64,000 nt of DNA from Escherichia phage LH2. Positions 18,609-36,308 of this stretch are shown one piece after another. Numbering within the stretch: the stretch's first letter is position 1; every line of letters starts with the position of its first letter. Under the pieces are notes generated by a model. It had not been told where the DNA came from, did not search any database, and worked only from the letters and a program-made list of their open reading frames with translations. The DNA lies in the sequence record OQ378934.1; one strand, given 5' to 3'. Position numbers and translations under genes: made by a program.

Positions 18609-19289
18609 ATGATAGATAAAGATTATATTGCAGAGCTGAAGGCTCTTGATGATAATAAAGAAGCTAAGGCTAAATTAGCTGAATATGCTGAACAGTTTGG
18701 TATAAAGGTCAAAAAGAATAAATCTTTTGATAATATCGTTATTGATATTGAAGAAGCCCTCCAGAAGCTCGCTAGTGAACCTATGCCAGAGACTGATGGG
18801 TTATCTATTAAAGACTTAATCAATGCTGCTGATGCCGCAGAGGGGTTAAAATATGACGATGAAGAAGTCAATCCAGAGGCAGCACTTCTGATTGATTCTC
18901 CGGTTAAATCTGATATTAAAATTGAAGTAGTCGAAACGGATAAAATTCCCGAAAATACCGATGTTTTGATTGAAGATACTCCTTTTGTTGAAGAAAAATT
19001 CGAACAGGCTATAACTGAGATTATTGAATCTGAAAAGCCGTCTGTATTTACTCTTCCGGAAAACTTTAGTCCTAATCTTCAGCTGATTGGAAAAAATCCA
19101 GGATTCTGCACTGTTCCTTGGTGGATTTATCAATGGATTGCTGAAACTCCGGATTGGAAATCTCACCCAACTAGTTTTGAACACGCGTCGGCACATCAAA
19201 CTTTATTTAGCTTAATTTACTACATTAACCGTGACGGATCAGTTCTAATTCGTGAAACACGCAATTCTTCTTTCGTAACATTAAAATAA
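18609..19289 (+). CDS. inh: Inh-like protein (inhibitor of prohead protease), 226 aa
   Basis: Size and position immediately upstream of hoc. Confidence 0.55.
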   Translation: MIDKDYIAELKALDDNKEAKAKLAEYAEQFGIKVKKNKSFDNIVIDIEEALQKLASEPMPETDGLSIKDLINAADAAEGLKYDDEEVNPEAALLIDSPVKSDIKIEVVETDKIPENTDVLIEDTPFVEEKFEQAITEIIESEKPSVFTLPENFSPNLQLIGKNPGFCTVPWWIYQWIAETPDWKSHPTSFEHASAHQTLFSLIYYINRDGSVLIRETRNSSFVTLK

Positions 19290-19298
19290 GGATAACTT

Positions 19299-20429
19299 AT
19301 GGCTTTTACAGTTGATATAACTCCTAAAACACCTACTGGAGTTATAGATCAGACCCAGCAGTTTACTGCTACACCCAGTGGTCAAACTGGAGATGGACCT
19401 ATTACATATGCTTGGACTGTAGATGATGTTCCACAAGATGGAGCTGAAGCAACTTTTAATTATGTACTAAAAGGACCTGCCGGTCAAAAAACTATTAAAG
19501 TAGTTGCAACAAACCCAGTTCCAGATACTGATGCTGAAACAGCAGAAGCTACTACAACTATCACAGTTCAAAATAAGACACAGACAACTACCTTGGCAGT
19601 AACTCCTGCTAGTCCTGCTGCTGGAGTGATTGGAACTCCGGTTCAATTTACTGCTGCCTTAGCTTCTCAACCTGATGGAGCGTCTGCCACGTATCAGTGG
19701 TATGTAGATGATTCACAAGTTGGTGGAGAAACTAACTCTACATTTAACTATACTCCAACTACAAGTGGAGTAAAAAGAATTAAATGCGTAGCCCAAGTAA
19801 CTGCAGAAAATTATAATGAAAAGGAAGTTACTTCTAATGAAGTATCACTGACTGTTAATAGGAAGACAATGAATCCACAGGTTACATTGACTCCTCCTTC
19901 TATTAATGTTCAGCAGGATGCTTCGGCTACATTTACTGCTAATGTCACTGATGCCCCGGAAGAAGCGCAAATTACGTATTCATGGAAGAAAGATTCTTCT
20001 CCTGTAGAAGGATCAACTAATGTATACACCGTTGATACATCATCTATTGGAAGTCAAACTATTGAAGTTACTGCAACTGTTACAGCAACTGACTATGATA
20101 GCAAAACTATTACAGCAGAAGGTCAAGTTCAGGTAACTGATAAAGTTGCTCCGGAACCGGAAGGTGAATTGCCTTATGTTCATCCTCTTCCACATCGTAC
20201 TTCAGCTTATATCTGGTGCGGTTGGTGGGTTATGGATGAAATCCAAAAAATGACTGAAGAAGGTAAAGATTGGAAAACTGACGATCCAGACAGTAAATAC
20301 TACCTGCATCGTTACACTCTCCAGAAGATGATGAAAGACTATCCAGAAGTTGATGTTCAAGAATCGCGCAATGGATACATCATTCATAAAACTGCTTTAG
20401 AAACTGGTATCATCTATACCTATCCATAA
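19299..20429 (+). CDS. hoc: Hoc, outer capsid decoration protein with Ig-like repeats
   Basis: 376 aa as in T4; internally repeated Thr/Val-rich beta modules. Confidence 0.85.
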   Translation: MAFTVDITPKTPTGVIDQTQQFTATPSGQTGDGPITYAWTVDDVPQDGAEATFNYVLKGPAGQKTIKVVATNPVPDTDAETAEATTTITVQNKTQTTTLAVTPASPAAGVIGTPVQFTAALASQPDGASATYQWYVDDSQVGGETNSTFNYTPTTSGVKRIKCVAQVTAENYNEKEVTSNEVSLTVNRKTMNPQVTLTPPSINVQQDASATFTANVTDAPEEAQITYSWKKDSSPVEGSTNVYTVDTSSIGSQTIEVTATVTATDYDSKTITAEGQVQVTDKVAPEPEGELPYVHPLPHRTSAYIWCGWWVMDEIQKMTEEGKDWKTDDPDSKYYLHRYTLQKMMKDYPEVDVQESRNGYIIHKTALETGIIYTYP

Positions 20430-20432
20430 TCT

Positions 20433-20458
20433 TAGGGGCTTCGGCCCCTTTCTTCATT
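20433..20458 (+). terminator. rho-independent terminator after hoc
   Basis: Hairpin AGGGGCTTCGGCCCCT followed by a T-rich run. Confidence 0.65.
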
Positions 20459-20517
20459 TTGAAAGCACACAAAACACAATCAGAAAATGATGTATATAAT
20501 GGCACCAACTCGATAAC

Positions 20518-20733
20518 ATGAGATTGATTATGAGAACTGAGGTTGTGGTGTTTACTCTTCATGAGTCTGGAAAGTCATTCATTGAAATTGCTCGTGAATT
20601 GAACTTACAGGCGAAAGAAGTGGCTGTATTATGGGCTCGAGCTATGACTGCTAAAAATAAATTTGAGACTCGAGAAAAAGTTGTCTATAGAAAAAGACAT
20701 ATTAATAAAAAGGTGAAAAATGGAACAGTATGA
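20518..20733 (+). CDS. hypothetical protein, 71 aa
   Basis: ATG ORF; position of T4 24.3. Confidence 0.45.
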   Translation: MRLIMRTEVVVFTLHESGKSFIEIARELNLQAKEVAVLWARAMTAKNKFETREKVVYRKRHINKKVKNGTV

Positions 20734-20998
20734 TCTTTATGAAAATGAATCTTTTGCTAATCAATTACGCGAAAAAGCACTTAAAAGTAAACAGTTTAAA
20801 CTAGAGTGTTTTATTAAAGATTTTTCGGAACTTGCTAATAAAGCAGCTGAACAAGGTAAAACATATTTTAGTTATTATTGCACTACTCGCGATAAATTGA
20901 TTACTGAAGAAATTGGTGATTGGCTGAGAAAAGAAGGATTTAGCTTTAAAGCCAATAGTGATCAGCGTGATGGTGATTGGTTAGAAATTACATTTTGA
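20720..20998 (+). CDS. hypothetical protein, 92 aa
   Basis: ATG ORF; position of T4 24.2. Confidence 0.5.
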   Translation: MEQYDLYENESFANQLREKALKSKQFKLECFIKDFSELANKAAEQGKTYFSYYCTTRDKLITEEIGDWLRKEGFSFKANSDQRDGDWLEITF

Positions 20999-21007
20999 GG
21001 ATTAATT

Positions 21008-22012
21008 ATGTTTAAAAAATATAGCAGTCTTGAAAATCATTACAATTCTAAGTTCATTGAAAAACTTTACAGTTTAGGATTGACTGGCGGCGAATGGGTA
21101 GCTCGTGAAAAGATTCATGGCACAAATTTCTCACTGATTATTGAACGCGATAAAGCAACTTGTGCTAAACGTACTGGACCGATTCTTCCTGCTGAAGATT
21201 TCTTTGGGTATGAAATTATTCTAAAGAATTACGCTGATTCCATTAAAGCAGTACAAGATATTATGGAAACTTCGGCAGTTGTATCTTATCAAGTCTTCGG
21301 CGAATTCGCTGGACCTGGCATTCAGAAGAATGTCGATTATGGTGATAAAGATTTTTATGTATTTGACATTATTGTTACTACAGAAAGTGGTGATGTGACT
21401 TATGTCGATGATTATATGATGGAATCATTCTGTAATACATTCAAATTTAAAATGGCTCCACTTTTGGGTCGTGGTAAATTTGAAGAACTTATTAAATTGC
21501 CAAATGATTTAGATTCTGTCGTCCAGGATTATAATTTTACAGTAGACCATGCTGGATTAGTTGATGCAAATAAATGCGTTTGGAATGCCGAAGCAAAAGG
21601 CGAAGTATTTACTGCTGAAGGATATGTATTGAAACCTTGTTATCCTTCTTGGATGCCTAATGGCAATCGTGTCGCTATTAAATGCAAGAACTCTAAATTT
21701 AGCGAAAAGAAAAAGTCTGATAAGCCTATTAAAGCTAAAGTTGAGTTGTCAGAAGCTGATAATAAATTGCTGGGAATTTTAGCTTGCTACGTTACACTGA
21801 ACCGAGTAAATAATGTTATTTCTAAAATTGGCGAAATTGGTCCAAAAGATTTTGGAAAGGTGATGGGACTAACTGTTCAAGATATTTTGGAAGAAACTTC
21901 TCGTGAAGGTATTACTTTAACTCAAGCGGATAATCCTTCTTTGATTAAAAAGGAATTAGTTAAAATGGTACAAGATGTACTTCGTCCGGCTTGGATTGAA
22001 TTGGTAAGTTAA
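21008..22012 (+). CDS. rnlB: RNA ligase 2 (Rnl2)
   Basis: 334 aa; adenylylation motif KIHGTN near the N-terminus. Confidence 0.9.
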   Translation: MFKKYSSLENHYNSKFIEKLYSLGLTGGEWVAREKIHGTNFSLIIERDKATCAKRTGPILPAEDFFGYEIILKNYADSIKAVQDIMETSAVVSYQVFGEFAGPGIQKNVDYGDKDFYVFDIIVTTESGDVTYVDDYMMESFCNTFKFKMAPLLGRGKFEELIKLPNDLDSVVQDYNFTVDHAGLVDANKCVWNAEAKGEVFTAEGYVLKPCYPSWMPNGNRVAIKCKNSKFSEKKKSDKPIKAKVELSEADNKLLGILACYVTLNRVNNVISKIGEIGPKDFGKVMGLTVQDILEETSREGITLTQADNPSLIKKELVKMVQDVLRPAWIELVS

Positions 22013-22019
22013 ATAAAAA

Positions 22020-22035
22020 GGGACCTTTCGGTCCC
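22020..22035. terminator. bidirectional terminator between rnlB and gene 24
   Basis: Hairpin GGGACCTTTCGGTCCC flanked by A and T runs. Confidence 0.6.
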
Positions 22036-22041
22036 TTTGTT

Positions 22042-23325
22042 TTATTCATCAACGATAATTTTTGGTAGTTTAACACCTAATAAAACAGACAAATCTGAAC
22101 GACCCGCCATTTTATCCATGTCTCCACCATCAATTATTCTTGCTTCTTTTTCATCTTTTGCTACAGTGTAAGGATTTGCAGATAAAGCATATCTAACCAA
22201 TAAACCGATAGATGGCTGCAAACTTTCTGGATCAACTACAACTTTAAATGCACCTACATGTTCAGGGTCATCTAAGTCAAGACCTTCTGTATACGGAGCA
22301 TAGAAAATTGATCCAACAATTTCTTTTTCGCCAATATTTTCTACCACACCAACGATTACATAATCTAATGGGCTGTTAGTATCGCAATAAAGCGGTAAAC
22401 CATTAGCTAAGAACCCGTAGGCATTTTGTGAAAGATATTTATCATCTTCTGGTTTATGTTTTAACCAACCTGATGCAGCAAGAATCGCAGCGGCACGAGC
22501 TGAAGCAACACAGAACGTTGCTGTATAAGTTGATTCTTTTTGGATATGCGAAACCATTTCACACACCATTCGATATAATGAACGACCAGCTTCAGGCGCA
22601 GATGCATAACTCAAATCAATGAATCCAGTATCAGTAATTCCTGTAACTTTATAGCGTTTTGACACTGTAATCAAAGACTGCAGAATATCTTTATTGATTT
22701 CATCCGCCATTTCAGTTGCAAGCAAATCTTCCAAGAAATTAGGAGCATCGAATCCATTTGCTTCTAAATCTTGTGCTAATTCAACTGTGATGCCAGTTTT
22801 AAGTTTACGAGATTTAACTGCGGTTTGCCATTTATTAATCTGGAATCTAGCATCCGCAATTTCGCTATCAGAGCTTTCAAATTTGCTTGTTGATGCTGCA
22901 TCAGAAAATAGACGAACCTTTAAAAGAACAATTGCAATCTGAAGAGCTAATTCTAAATCGCTTTCTTCAATATCAGCAAATGGTGTATCTTCTAATACTT
23001 TATAAACGATATTATTATATTTGAATAAATCGCCTTTATTGAGAGTTAATTTAGACTCTTCTGTTAATTCTGTGATTTGTTCTCGGTCTACGTACCCAGC
23101 TTCGCCAGCGTAAGTAGCACCAGTTTTAAATGTAAATTCGTTATCTGGGTTAAGGTATTTGATACCATAAAAAGCAGCAACAGGTTGATTAGTTCTTTGC
23201 GTTGCTACAATGTCAGAATATATTAATTTAGTGGTAGCGCGAGTCAAAGCAACGAGATTTGGGCGACCGATTGAGTTGCTATTCGTTGTGGTTGATTCGC
23301 GCAGAAGTTCGTTGATTTTAGCCAT
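22042..23325 (-). CDS. 24: head vertex protein gp24
   Basis: 427 aa as in T4; paralogous to gp23. Confidence 0.9.
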   Translation of the reverse strand: MAKINELLRESTTTNSNSIGRPNLVALTRATTKLIYSDIVATQRTNQPVAAFYGIKYLNPDNEFTFKTGATYAGEAGYVDREQITELTEESKLTLNKGDLFKYNNIVYKVLEDTPFADIEESDLELALQIAIVLLKVRLFSDAASTSKFESSDSEIADARFQINKWQTAVKSRKLKTGITVELAQDLEANGFDAPNFLEDLLATEMADEINKDILQSLITVSKRYKVTGITDTGFIDLSYASAPEAGRSLYRMVCEMVSHIQKESTYTATFCVASARAAAILAASGWLKHKPEDDKYLSQNAYGFLANGLPLYCDTNSPLDYVIVGVVENIGEKEIVGSIFYAPYTEGLDLDDPEHVGAFKVVVDPESLQPSIGLLVRYALSANPYTVAKDEKEARIIDGGDMDKMAGRSDLSVLLGVKLPKIIVDE

Positions 23326-23352
23326 TGCGCTTTCCTTTTGGTTTATATGATT

Positions 23353-23360
23353 TATTTATA
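23353..23360 (-). promoter_or_regulatory. late promoter for gene 24
   Basis: TATTTATA on plus strand, 28 nt upstream of the gene 24 ATG. Confidence 0.5.
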
Positions 23361-23375
23361 CCATAAAAACAACTA

Positions 23376-23395
23376 AAGGGACCCGAAGGTCCCTT
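23376..23395 (-). terminator. terminator downstream of gene 23
   Basis: Hairpin AAGGGACCCGAAGGTCCCTT with a T-run on the minus strand. Confidence 0.6.
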
Positions 23396-23408
23396 AAATC
23401 GTCAAAGA

Positions 23409-24974
23409 TTAGATACCTTTAACATATACACGGCGGAAGTAAGCGTTTTTACCAAGGCTATTCAGAATAGAAGGCATACCGCTCTGGATGCGAGAAGCCG
23501 GAGCTTGAGCAGCGGATTCTGCAAATGGGTTGATACCGATACCGTAACGAGTTTTGAATCCCATTACTGGTTGGAAGTTCTTCGGATCGGAACCACGCAG
23601 CGGAGTCAGAGCTACATATGGAGCATAGTAAATACCAGCATCCATTTCGTTCGGACCTTTATAACCTACAGTGAAATAATCCTGTTTAGCATACTGGTCG
23701 ATATATACACGGTATTTACCACCCAGAACACCAGCAAATACTGACTTGGTAGTATCAGTGTTAAAGCCGGTAGCCAGACCCTGTGCAGCATAAGAAATGC
23801 CAGTATCAACTGAAGCCAGAACGTTAACTACGTTACGGGAAGCGATAATGAAGTTACCTTCACCACGACCGGTCTGACGAGCAATTTCAACTGCTTCTTT
23901 GTCAATCTGGAACAACAGAGCTTTAAAGGATTCACCCGCCCAGCGAGCACCACGAATATCAATCGGATCCTGGAAGTCAAATACACCAGCTTTAGAACCT
24001 GGAGTCAGGGTCATACCAGATTTACCAACCTGAGCCGAGTAGTTAATCCAATCAACAACTTCACGGTTGATTTCCAGCATGATTTCGGTAGCCAGAATAC
24101 CAGACAGTTCGGCATCAGCATCCATACCGTGAACAGCGCGGAGGTCTTGTGCTAATTCGATAGAGTAAGCAGCTTTCAGCTGGCGAGATTTAGCTTCGAT
24201 AACTTGTTTATCGATACGGAAGCCCATTTCATTCCATGGGTTATCGGTAGAACCGTTGAAACCTTCCTGGAGTTCAGCGATAGAAGTAGCCATACCTTCA
24301 GCGATTTCTACCAATGCACCAGCTTCCATTTGTTTCTTAATTTCAGCATCTAATTTAGCTGCATCAGTTGCGCTTGCACTAATTGTTACTTGAGCAGAAG
24401 CCTGCAGATACACAGTACCAGTGTCCTGGAAGAAGTGAGTATAGATATCACCTACTGTGGTTTCTGTGCTAGCAGCCAGAGCCGGGAATTTCTTAGCAGC
24501 ACCCTGACCAGAGAACATTGCATCTGGGCCATACATTGGGTGGAATGCTTCTTTAGCACCGGAAGCGATTGGGTCTTTACCATATACTGCGCGCAGTGCG
24601 AATACCTGGCCAGTCGGGCTGTTCATCGGCTGAACACCGCAAATATCGAAAGCAATCAGGTTAGGAATAGCACGACGTACCATACCCATAACAGCTGGGC
24701 CAATCTGAGTTACTGCGCCAGAAGTCTGACCAGCAGCGATGTTAGTAGCATTGTAACCGTGGTCACCACCGATTTCAGCTTCTGTTAAGAAAGAACCGAA
24801 CGCCTGAGCGATTTTTTCGTCTTTGTACTCTGGAGCTGTCTGGAAATCTTTTTCCTGGTTTTCAAAGATTTTAGCGATAATCGCTTGTTTGCTATTAGCA
24901 ATTTCCGGTAAACCTTCACCTTCCAGTAATGGCTTCCATTTGTTCAAAAGTTCAGCTTTAGTTTTGATAGTCAT
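23409..24974 (-). CDS. 23: major capsid protein gp23
   Basis: 521 aa; matches recalled T4 gp23 sequence. Confidence 0.95.
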   Translation of the reverse strand: MTIKTKAELLNKWKPLLEGEGLPEIANSKQAIIAKIFENQEKDFQTAPEYKDEKIAQAFGSFLTEAEIGGDHGYNATNIAAGQTSGAVTQIGPAVMGMVRRAIPNLIAFDICGVQPMNSPTGQVFALRAVYGKDPIASGAKEAFHPMYGPDAMFSGQGAAKKFPALAASTETTVGDIYTHFFQDTGTVYLQASAQVTISASATDAAKLDAEIKKQMEAGALVEIAEGMATSIAELQEGFNGSTDNPWNEMGFRIDKQVIEAKSRQLKAAYSIELAQDLRAVHGMDADAELSGILATEIMLEINREVVDWINYSAQVGKSGMTLTPGSKAGVFDFQDPIDIRGARWAGESFKALLFQIDKEAVEIARQTGRGEGNFIIASRNVVNVLASVDTGISYAAQGLATGFNTDTTKSVFAGVLGGKYRVYIDQYAKQDYFTVGYKGPNEMDAGIYYAPYVALTPLRGSDPKNFQPVMGFKTRYGIGINPFAESAAQAPASRIQSGMPSILNSLGKNAYFRRVYVKGI

Positions 24975-24992
24975 TTGTGTTAACCTTTAAAA

Positions 24993-25802
24993 TTAGAAAC
25001 GAGATGCGACTTTCGCATATACACTTACAATATCTTCTGCACCAGGTGCAGCTTTATCTTCTACAGCTTCAGTGACGAAATTCAGTCCGGCTGCTTCAGT
25101 ATCAGGAGTATTTATACCCTCAGTAATAGTGCTTTCATCTTTATTAGACTTCTTCACCATTTCTACGATGGCACTCAATTTACTTGAGAATTCATCTGAA
25201 TAATCCATACCTTCGACCAGAGCAGAGACTTTTTCTTTTTGAGACTCAGTCAGATCTTTAGTACTTTCGCTCAATGCCACTTCACGCTGCACATAATTGA
25301 TATATGCGTCACGCTTATTGAGTTCTTCGAACAGACGAGCTGATTCTTCTTTATGTTCTTGCAGCTCTTCTTCCATTTCAGCTACAACATCAACTGATTC
25401 TTCTGGAACAACAACGTTGTGTTCAACAAAGAGCTCTTTTAATCCACCAAGCATGGATTCAAACAGTTCGGCTTTGATGCCTTTATCAACTGCTAATTTA
25501 TTTTCAGCGAGCCATTCTTTTGCAAGATGGTCGATGAATTTAGAAGCTTGCTCAGCGATTTTCTTCTCAGCTTTTTCTTCGGCTTCTTCTTTATTTTTTT
25601 CTACTTCTTCTTCTGCTTTTTCAGCAATTTTAGCGATATGAGATTCAGCTAATTTAACGGCGTGCTGCTTGACGGTAGCTTCGAATACAGTGCCGAAAGT
25701 TTCTTTTGCTTCCGGAGAAATATTAACTGATTCGAAAATACTATCAAGAGCAACGGAAGCATCAATTTTTTGCGCTTCAGCAATCAGTTGTTCTTTAAGC
25801 AT
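24993..25802 (-). CDS. 22: prohead core scaffold protein gp22
   Basis: 269 aa; acidic coiled-coil. Confidence 0.85.
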   Translation of the reverse strand: MLKEQLIAEAQKIDASVALDSIFESVNISPEAKETFGTVFEATVKQHAVKLAESHIAKIAEKAEEEVEKNKEEAEEKAEKKIAEQASKFIDHLAKEWLAENKLAVDKGIKAELFESMLGGLKELFVEHNVVVPEESVDVVAEMEEELQEHKEESARLFEELNKRDAYINYVQREVALSESTKDLTESQKEKVSALVEGMDYSDEFSSKLSAIVEMVKKSNKDESTITEGINTPDTEAAGLNFVTEAVEDKAAPGAEDIVSVYAKVASRF

Positions 25803-25832
25803 TTTGTAGTCCTGTTGTTTAGATAATAATAT

Positions 25833-26471
25833 TTATAACGCTTTTTTCATGGCCTCTGCGAGAGCCATATAGGCGTCATCGGCACTTGTATCGGCTTCCG
25901 CCGTCTGTGATTCGGTAATTTCCTTAGGAGTTACCCATGCATCTGGAGCACTTGGACCCCATACTGCATCAACACCTACAGTTAATTTGAATCCTTCGTT
26001 TACGATACGATAACCTTTATTTGTGTCAGTCAATGAACCTAATCCACGAGAAGAAACTCCTGGAATCCATCCGGCACGAATATTAGCTGCTAATTTATCT
26101 CCAGGACCATGGTCACCTTCAATAACACGAGCTCGTCCGTATACGTCATTTCCTTTCCACCACATATCTTCTATAATGATAGCGGCTTGCATCGGGTCAA
26201 CATTAGCGCGTGGAGGATGATTTAATTCTCCGAGAGCTTGTTTAGTTAAAACTTGCTCATTGATATAGTCTTTTACCGCTTTTTCTAATATGCGTTTTGG
26301 ATAAAGACGTTTATTTCTATTGACGACTTCCGCTTGCATGAATATTCCTTCGATGTATAAACCAGGTTTTAAACCTAAGTCTTTTCCATCATGGGATTCA
26401 AGCATTGGCACGCCATCAATAATTTCGCCAGGTTGACCCCAAGTTTCAATTAGTAATTGGGGTTCATTCAT
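25833..26471 (-). CDS. 21: prohead protease gp21
   Basis: 212 aa as in T4. Confidence 0.9.
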   Translation of the reverse strand: MNEPQLLIETWGQPGEIIDGVPMLESHDGKDLGLKPGLYIEGIFMQAEVVNRNKRLYPKRILEKAVKDYINEQVLTKQALGELNHPPRANVDPMQAAIIIEDMWWKGNDVYGRARVIEGDHGPGDKLAANIRAGWIPGVSSRGLGSLTDTNKGYRIVNEGFKLTVGVDAVWGPSAPDAWVTPKEITESQTAEADTSADDAYMALAEAMKKAL

Positions 26472-26896
26472 TAGCTTAATCCTAATGCTTTACGGCGTTT
26501 AAGAGCTTTTTTACGCTTACGCTGAGCACGAGATTGACCTGCTGGATTGGCAATCTTCGTTTTGGTAGCTTTGCGAGCAATTTGTCTACGTTTTGCTTTA
26601 GACAGCCCAGTGGTTTGAAATGCATTACGTTCGCGCGTTTTGCGGTCTTTAGTACGTGTAATTTCACCACGAGCTGAAACATGCTTAACAATGAATTCAT
26701 TTAACGGCATATTTTCATTAATAGAAGCTAATGCAACTGCTAAATCAGTTTCATCATCAAGCATATTCTCGATAATTGTATTTATATCGTCTTTATTTAA
26801 AGCAGAAGACAATTCGTCAAAGCGACCCTGTGCTTCAGGAATAAGTGCTTCGACATTCTCGAGAACTAATTCATGAGTTTCAGGGATCAGAAGCAT
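26471..26896 (-). CDS. 68: prohead core protein gp68
   Basis: 141 aa; synteny. Confidence 0.7.
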   Translation of the reverse strand: MLLIPETHELVLENVEALIPEAQGRFDELSSALNKDDINTIIENMLDDETDLAVALASINENMPLNEFIVKHVSARGEITRTKDRKTRERNAFQTTGLSKAKRRQIARKATKTKIANPAGQSRAQRKRKKALKRRKALGLS

Positions 26897-27137
26897 TATT
26901 CATCATCCTCGTCTTCGTCATCTTCGTCAGAGTCTTTGTCTTTTTTGTCGTCTTTATCATCACCGTCTTCGTCATCATCCTCGTCTTCAGGTTCTTCACC
27001 TTCGATTAAGAAATTACGAGCGATAGCGATTTTTTCTTCTTTAATTAAATCAATCGTTCTTGCAGCCATGGCTTCAGCAAATAATTTACGAGCGGCTACG
27101 AGGTCGTTTGATTTAATAGCTTCAATTAAACCTTCCA

Positions 27138-27138
<1 letters not shown>
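26896..27138 (-). CDS. 67: prohead core protein gp67 (strongly acidic C-terminus)
   Basis: 80 aa; synteny. Confidence 0.7.
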
Positions 27139-28763
<1,625 letters not shown>

Positions 28764-28795
28764 TTAAGCAGGATGGGGATTTCTCCCCATTCATT

Positions 28796-29287
28796 TTATT
28801 CCCAATAATCGAGAGCAAGAGTTACTTCAAATGTTTGGATTTCATTGTTTGAATCCCAATCTAATTGAAGTTCACCCACGTTAGTAGGCCACAGGCCTTT
28901 AATTTCGACTTCTTTTGTTACAGTTTTAGCGTCACGAGCATATTGGCGAACAACAGCGCTCTTTTTATACTCTGCTGGTTTTCCACCAGTAATTTCGTTC
29001 CCTTGCCCAGCAGCAATGCTTTGCCAATCAACAAACTTCTGGCGAGCATCATGTGCCTCATCGTTCATTACTGTAACAGTCCAGTCATCGAATGTACGAT
29101 CGCCTGCTACGTTAATTTTACGGTTCATAAATCCGACTGGAATTTTTTCTACAATACCAGCTGGTAAAGCAGTGGCTTTACATTGAAACGTAAAATTTTG
29201 TCCAAGATAAGAAATTTCTACTTGGAATAAGTTAGGTCGAGCAAAATCACCAGATTCAAACGCTCGTGTTACATCATCTACAAACAT
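28796..29287 (-). CDS. 19: tail tube protein gp19
   Basis: 163 aa as in T4. Confidence 0.9.
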   Translation of the reverse strand: MFVDDVTRAFESGDFARPNLFQVEISYLGQNFTFQCKATALPAGIVEKIPVGFMNRKINVAGDRTFDDWTVTVMNDEAHDARQKFVDWQSIAAGQGNEITGGKPAEYKKSAVVRQYARDAKTVTKEVEIKGLWPTNVGELQLDWDSNNEIQTFEVTLALDYWE

Positions 29288-29301
29288 ATTAGCCTCTGTA
29301 G

Positions 29302-29309
29302 TATTTATA
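29302..29309 (-). promoter_or_regulatory. late promoter for gene 19
   Basis: TATTTATA 15 nt upstream of the ATG; a second copy at 29361-29368. Confidence 0.45.
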
Positions 29310-29403
29310 TCCCTATGTTTAACCTAGGGCATATAGAATTAAAGAATTAAGGATATAGTGTATTTATATGGCCTGCCGAAACAGGCCTTTAGAATGCACC
29401 GTA

Positions 29404-31383
29404 TTAACCTGCAAGACCAGTTAACTCATCGAAATCTGCACCAGTAGCAGTTGCTACGAAGTTCAAGGTAATGTAGTTAATGCTTCTAGCCGGTTGGATG
29501 TAGAATGTTGCAACAAACTCATTTCTATCAATTACTGACGGAGTGTTATTTGTTGTATCGCAAACTACACGATATTCATAAATTCCACCGAGAGCTTTAA
29601 TTCCCTGTAAGTATTGGGCAGTTTCTGTGCGGAATGATGAACGAGTAAACGCGTTGTTTAATTCGAACAAACGATATTTTGAACTACGTCCGATATTCGT
29701 TTTCAACATATTAAACAGACGACGAACGTTAATACGATCAAATGGAGAAGGAACAGAAGTAGCTGTTTTATCACCATACAATACGTAACCATCACCACCT
29801 GTACCAGTTACTGGGTTGATAGCTTCTTGATATAAACGGTCGCGCTGAGCTTGGCGAGTTTCAATAGCAAGTTTAATAACGTTAAGAATCTGGCCACGAT
29901 TATAACCAGCTGGAGACATCCAAGTCTGAGAAACGTTATCGGTTCTCGCGCATAAACCAGCAATATCAGCTGCTAATGGAACCCAACGATTCACATCATT
30001 ATATTTGTCATACTGATACTTGTAGTTACCATCGATTGCTGCATAGGTTGAACTGATATTAAAGTTGTTATCAGTGTATGAACCTGCTGCAGTTCTCCAA
30101 TTGACTAAGTTATCAACAGCACGAGTTACAGGAATTCCAACTACAGTTTCACGCGGTGGTGAGCATAATACTAAGCAATCTTGGCGAGCATCACCAATTG
30201 AAACGACGTGTTTTTGGACAGTAGATGCTGTTTCTAAAGATTCGCCAGCGCAAGAACCCGCAATAAACAACTGAACGTCAACAGATTCACGGTCAGCAAA
30301 GAAGTCCCAGGCTTCCATCAAATCTCCTGCTGTTACTTCAGCATTTGACGATAATCCACCAGACAGAGTTAAAATTCCGGAGAAGCCTTCTGGCCAGTTT
30401 TGTGCAGTTGCAAAAATATATTCTGAACCACCTTTTGCGAAAAAGTCATCAATATAGATGTTACTATCGTAAATATCTTTTTCGCCACGCTTTGTTGAAA
30501 GAACAATACTTTGAACAATAGCATCATTACGGCGAACTATAATAGCGTATTGTGAATCAGTTTGTGGTCCATATCCAAACACTGCTTTGGCAGTAGATGC
30601 GCGTGTGCCGCCACCTGGATAAATTGGAAGTAATGCAGAAGCACCTTTTGCGTAGTCAGCTTTAGATACGATTTCAATTTCGATTTTATCGCCCAACTCG
30701 CCTGGATAAAGAGCTACTACTCCTGGAATTCCATATTTTTCGAGATTTGCTTGAAAGCCAACCTCTGTCATAGCAGCTTCAGCATTTTCAATTTCAGCTA
30801 ATAAAATACCAGAATCAGTAATAATTTTTCCAAGGGTTATTACTGCAGCTAAACCAGAGGAAGATGAAGAAATTTCCGCAGTCCAGCTAGGACCTAATTC
30901 CGGATATTCACCGACTTCTTTAGCTTTAGCGATAATTTTTGCAGTAGGAATATTAATTTTCTTAATTTTTCCATCTGTGTCTACTTCAGTAATTTTACCT
31001 TCAGTTTCAATAGCATCTGAAACATATTTGACCGTGATTTTATCTCCAACTGCGTAGTTACTACCTGGGGTAGAAATTGTGTATTCAATATTACCGGCAA
31101 TCGGAGATGAGTTTTTAGCGGTATCTCTATCAACAGCACGAACTACTCGTAAGTCATTTCCGTACTGCAAGAAATTCATCGCAGACATAAAATAGTCAGC
31201 AGTTTCAGCGGTTGGTTGACCAAAAGTATTAACTAAATCTACTTCATTTGTAACCTGTTTAATCTGAAAAGCAGGACCCCACTGGAATTTACCGGCCAAA
31301 GCTGCTGTACCAGTAGAGTTATTAACCACGGTGCTTTGAACCGTAGTTTCTTTGAGCTCAATGCCCGGAGATAATAAAGTCAT
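29404..31383 (-). CDS. 18: tail sheath protein gp18
   Basis: 659 aa as in T4. Confidence 0.9.
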   Translation of the reverse strand: MTLLSPGIELKETTVQSTVVNNSTGTAALAGKFQWGPAFQIKQVTNEVDLVNTFGQPTAETADYFMSAMNFLQYGNDLRVVRAVDRDTAKNSSPIAGNIEYTISTPGSNYAVGDKITVKYVSDAIETEGKITEVDTDGKIKKINIPTAKIIAKAKEVGEYPELGPSWTAEISSSSSGLAAVITLGKIITDSGILLAEIENAEAAMTEVGFQANLEKYGIPGVVALYPGELGDKIEIEIVSKADYAKGASALLPIYPGGGTRASTAKAVFGYGPQTDSQYAIIVRRNDAIVQSIVLSTKRGEKDIYDSNIYIDDFFAKGGSEYIFATAQNWPEGFSGILTLSGGLSSNAEVTAGDLMEAWDFFADRESVDVQLFIAGSCAGESLETASTVQKHVVSIGDARQDCLVLCSPPRETVVGIPVTRAVDNLVNWRTAAGSYTDNNFNISSTYAAIDGNYKYQYDKYNDVNRWVPLAADIAGLCARTDNVSQTWMSPAGYNRGQILNVIKLAIETRQAQRDRLYQEAINPVTGTGGDGYVLYGDKTATSVPSPFDRINVRRLFNMLKTNIGRSSKYRLFELNNAFTRSSFRTETAQYLQGIKALGGIYEYRVVCDTTNNTPSVIDRNEFVATFYIQPARSINYITLNFVATATGADFDELTGLAG

Positions 31384-31411
31384 TTTTAATCCTCTTTAAT
31401 ATGCTTTAATA

Positions 31412-34552
<3,141 letters not shown>

Positions 34553-34593
34553 GATTTCTCCTAATCTGGGCTTTAATTAGTTTATAATATTTA

Positions 34594-36295
<1,702 letters not shown>

Positions 36296-36308
36296 TTAAA
36301 AATCCTTT

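Noticed and set aside
23326-23408. A homing endonuclease between genes 23 and 24, which I half-remember in T4
   Set aside because: The interval is only 83 bp and holds just a terminator and a late promoter; either my recollection of T4 is wrong or this phage lacks it, so no feature is called.
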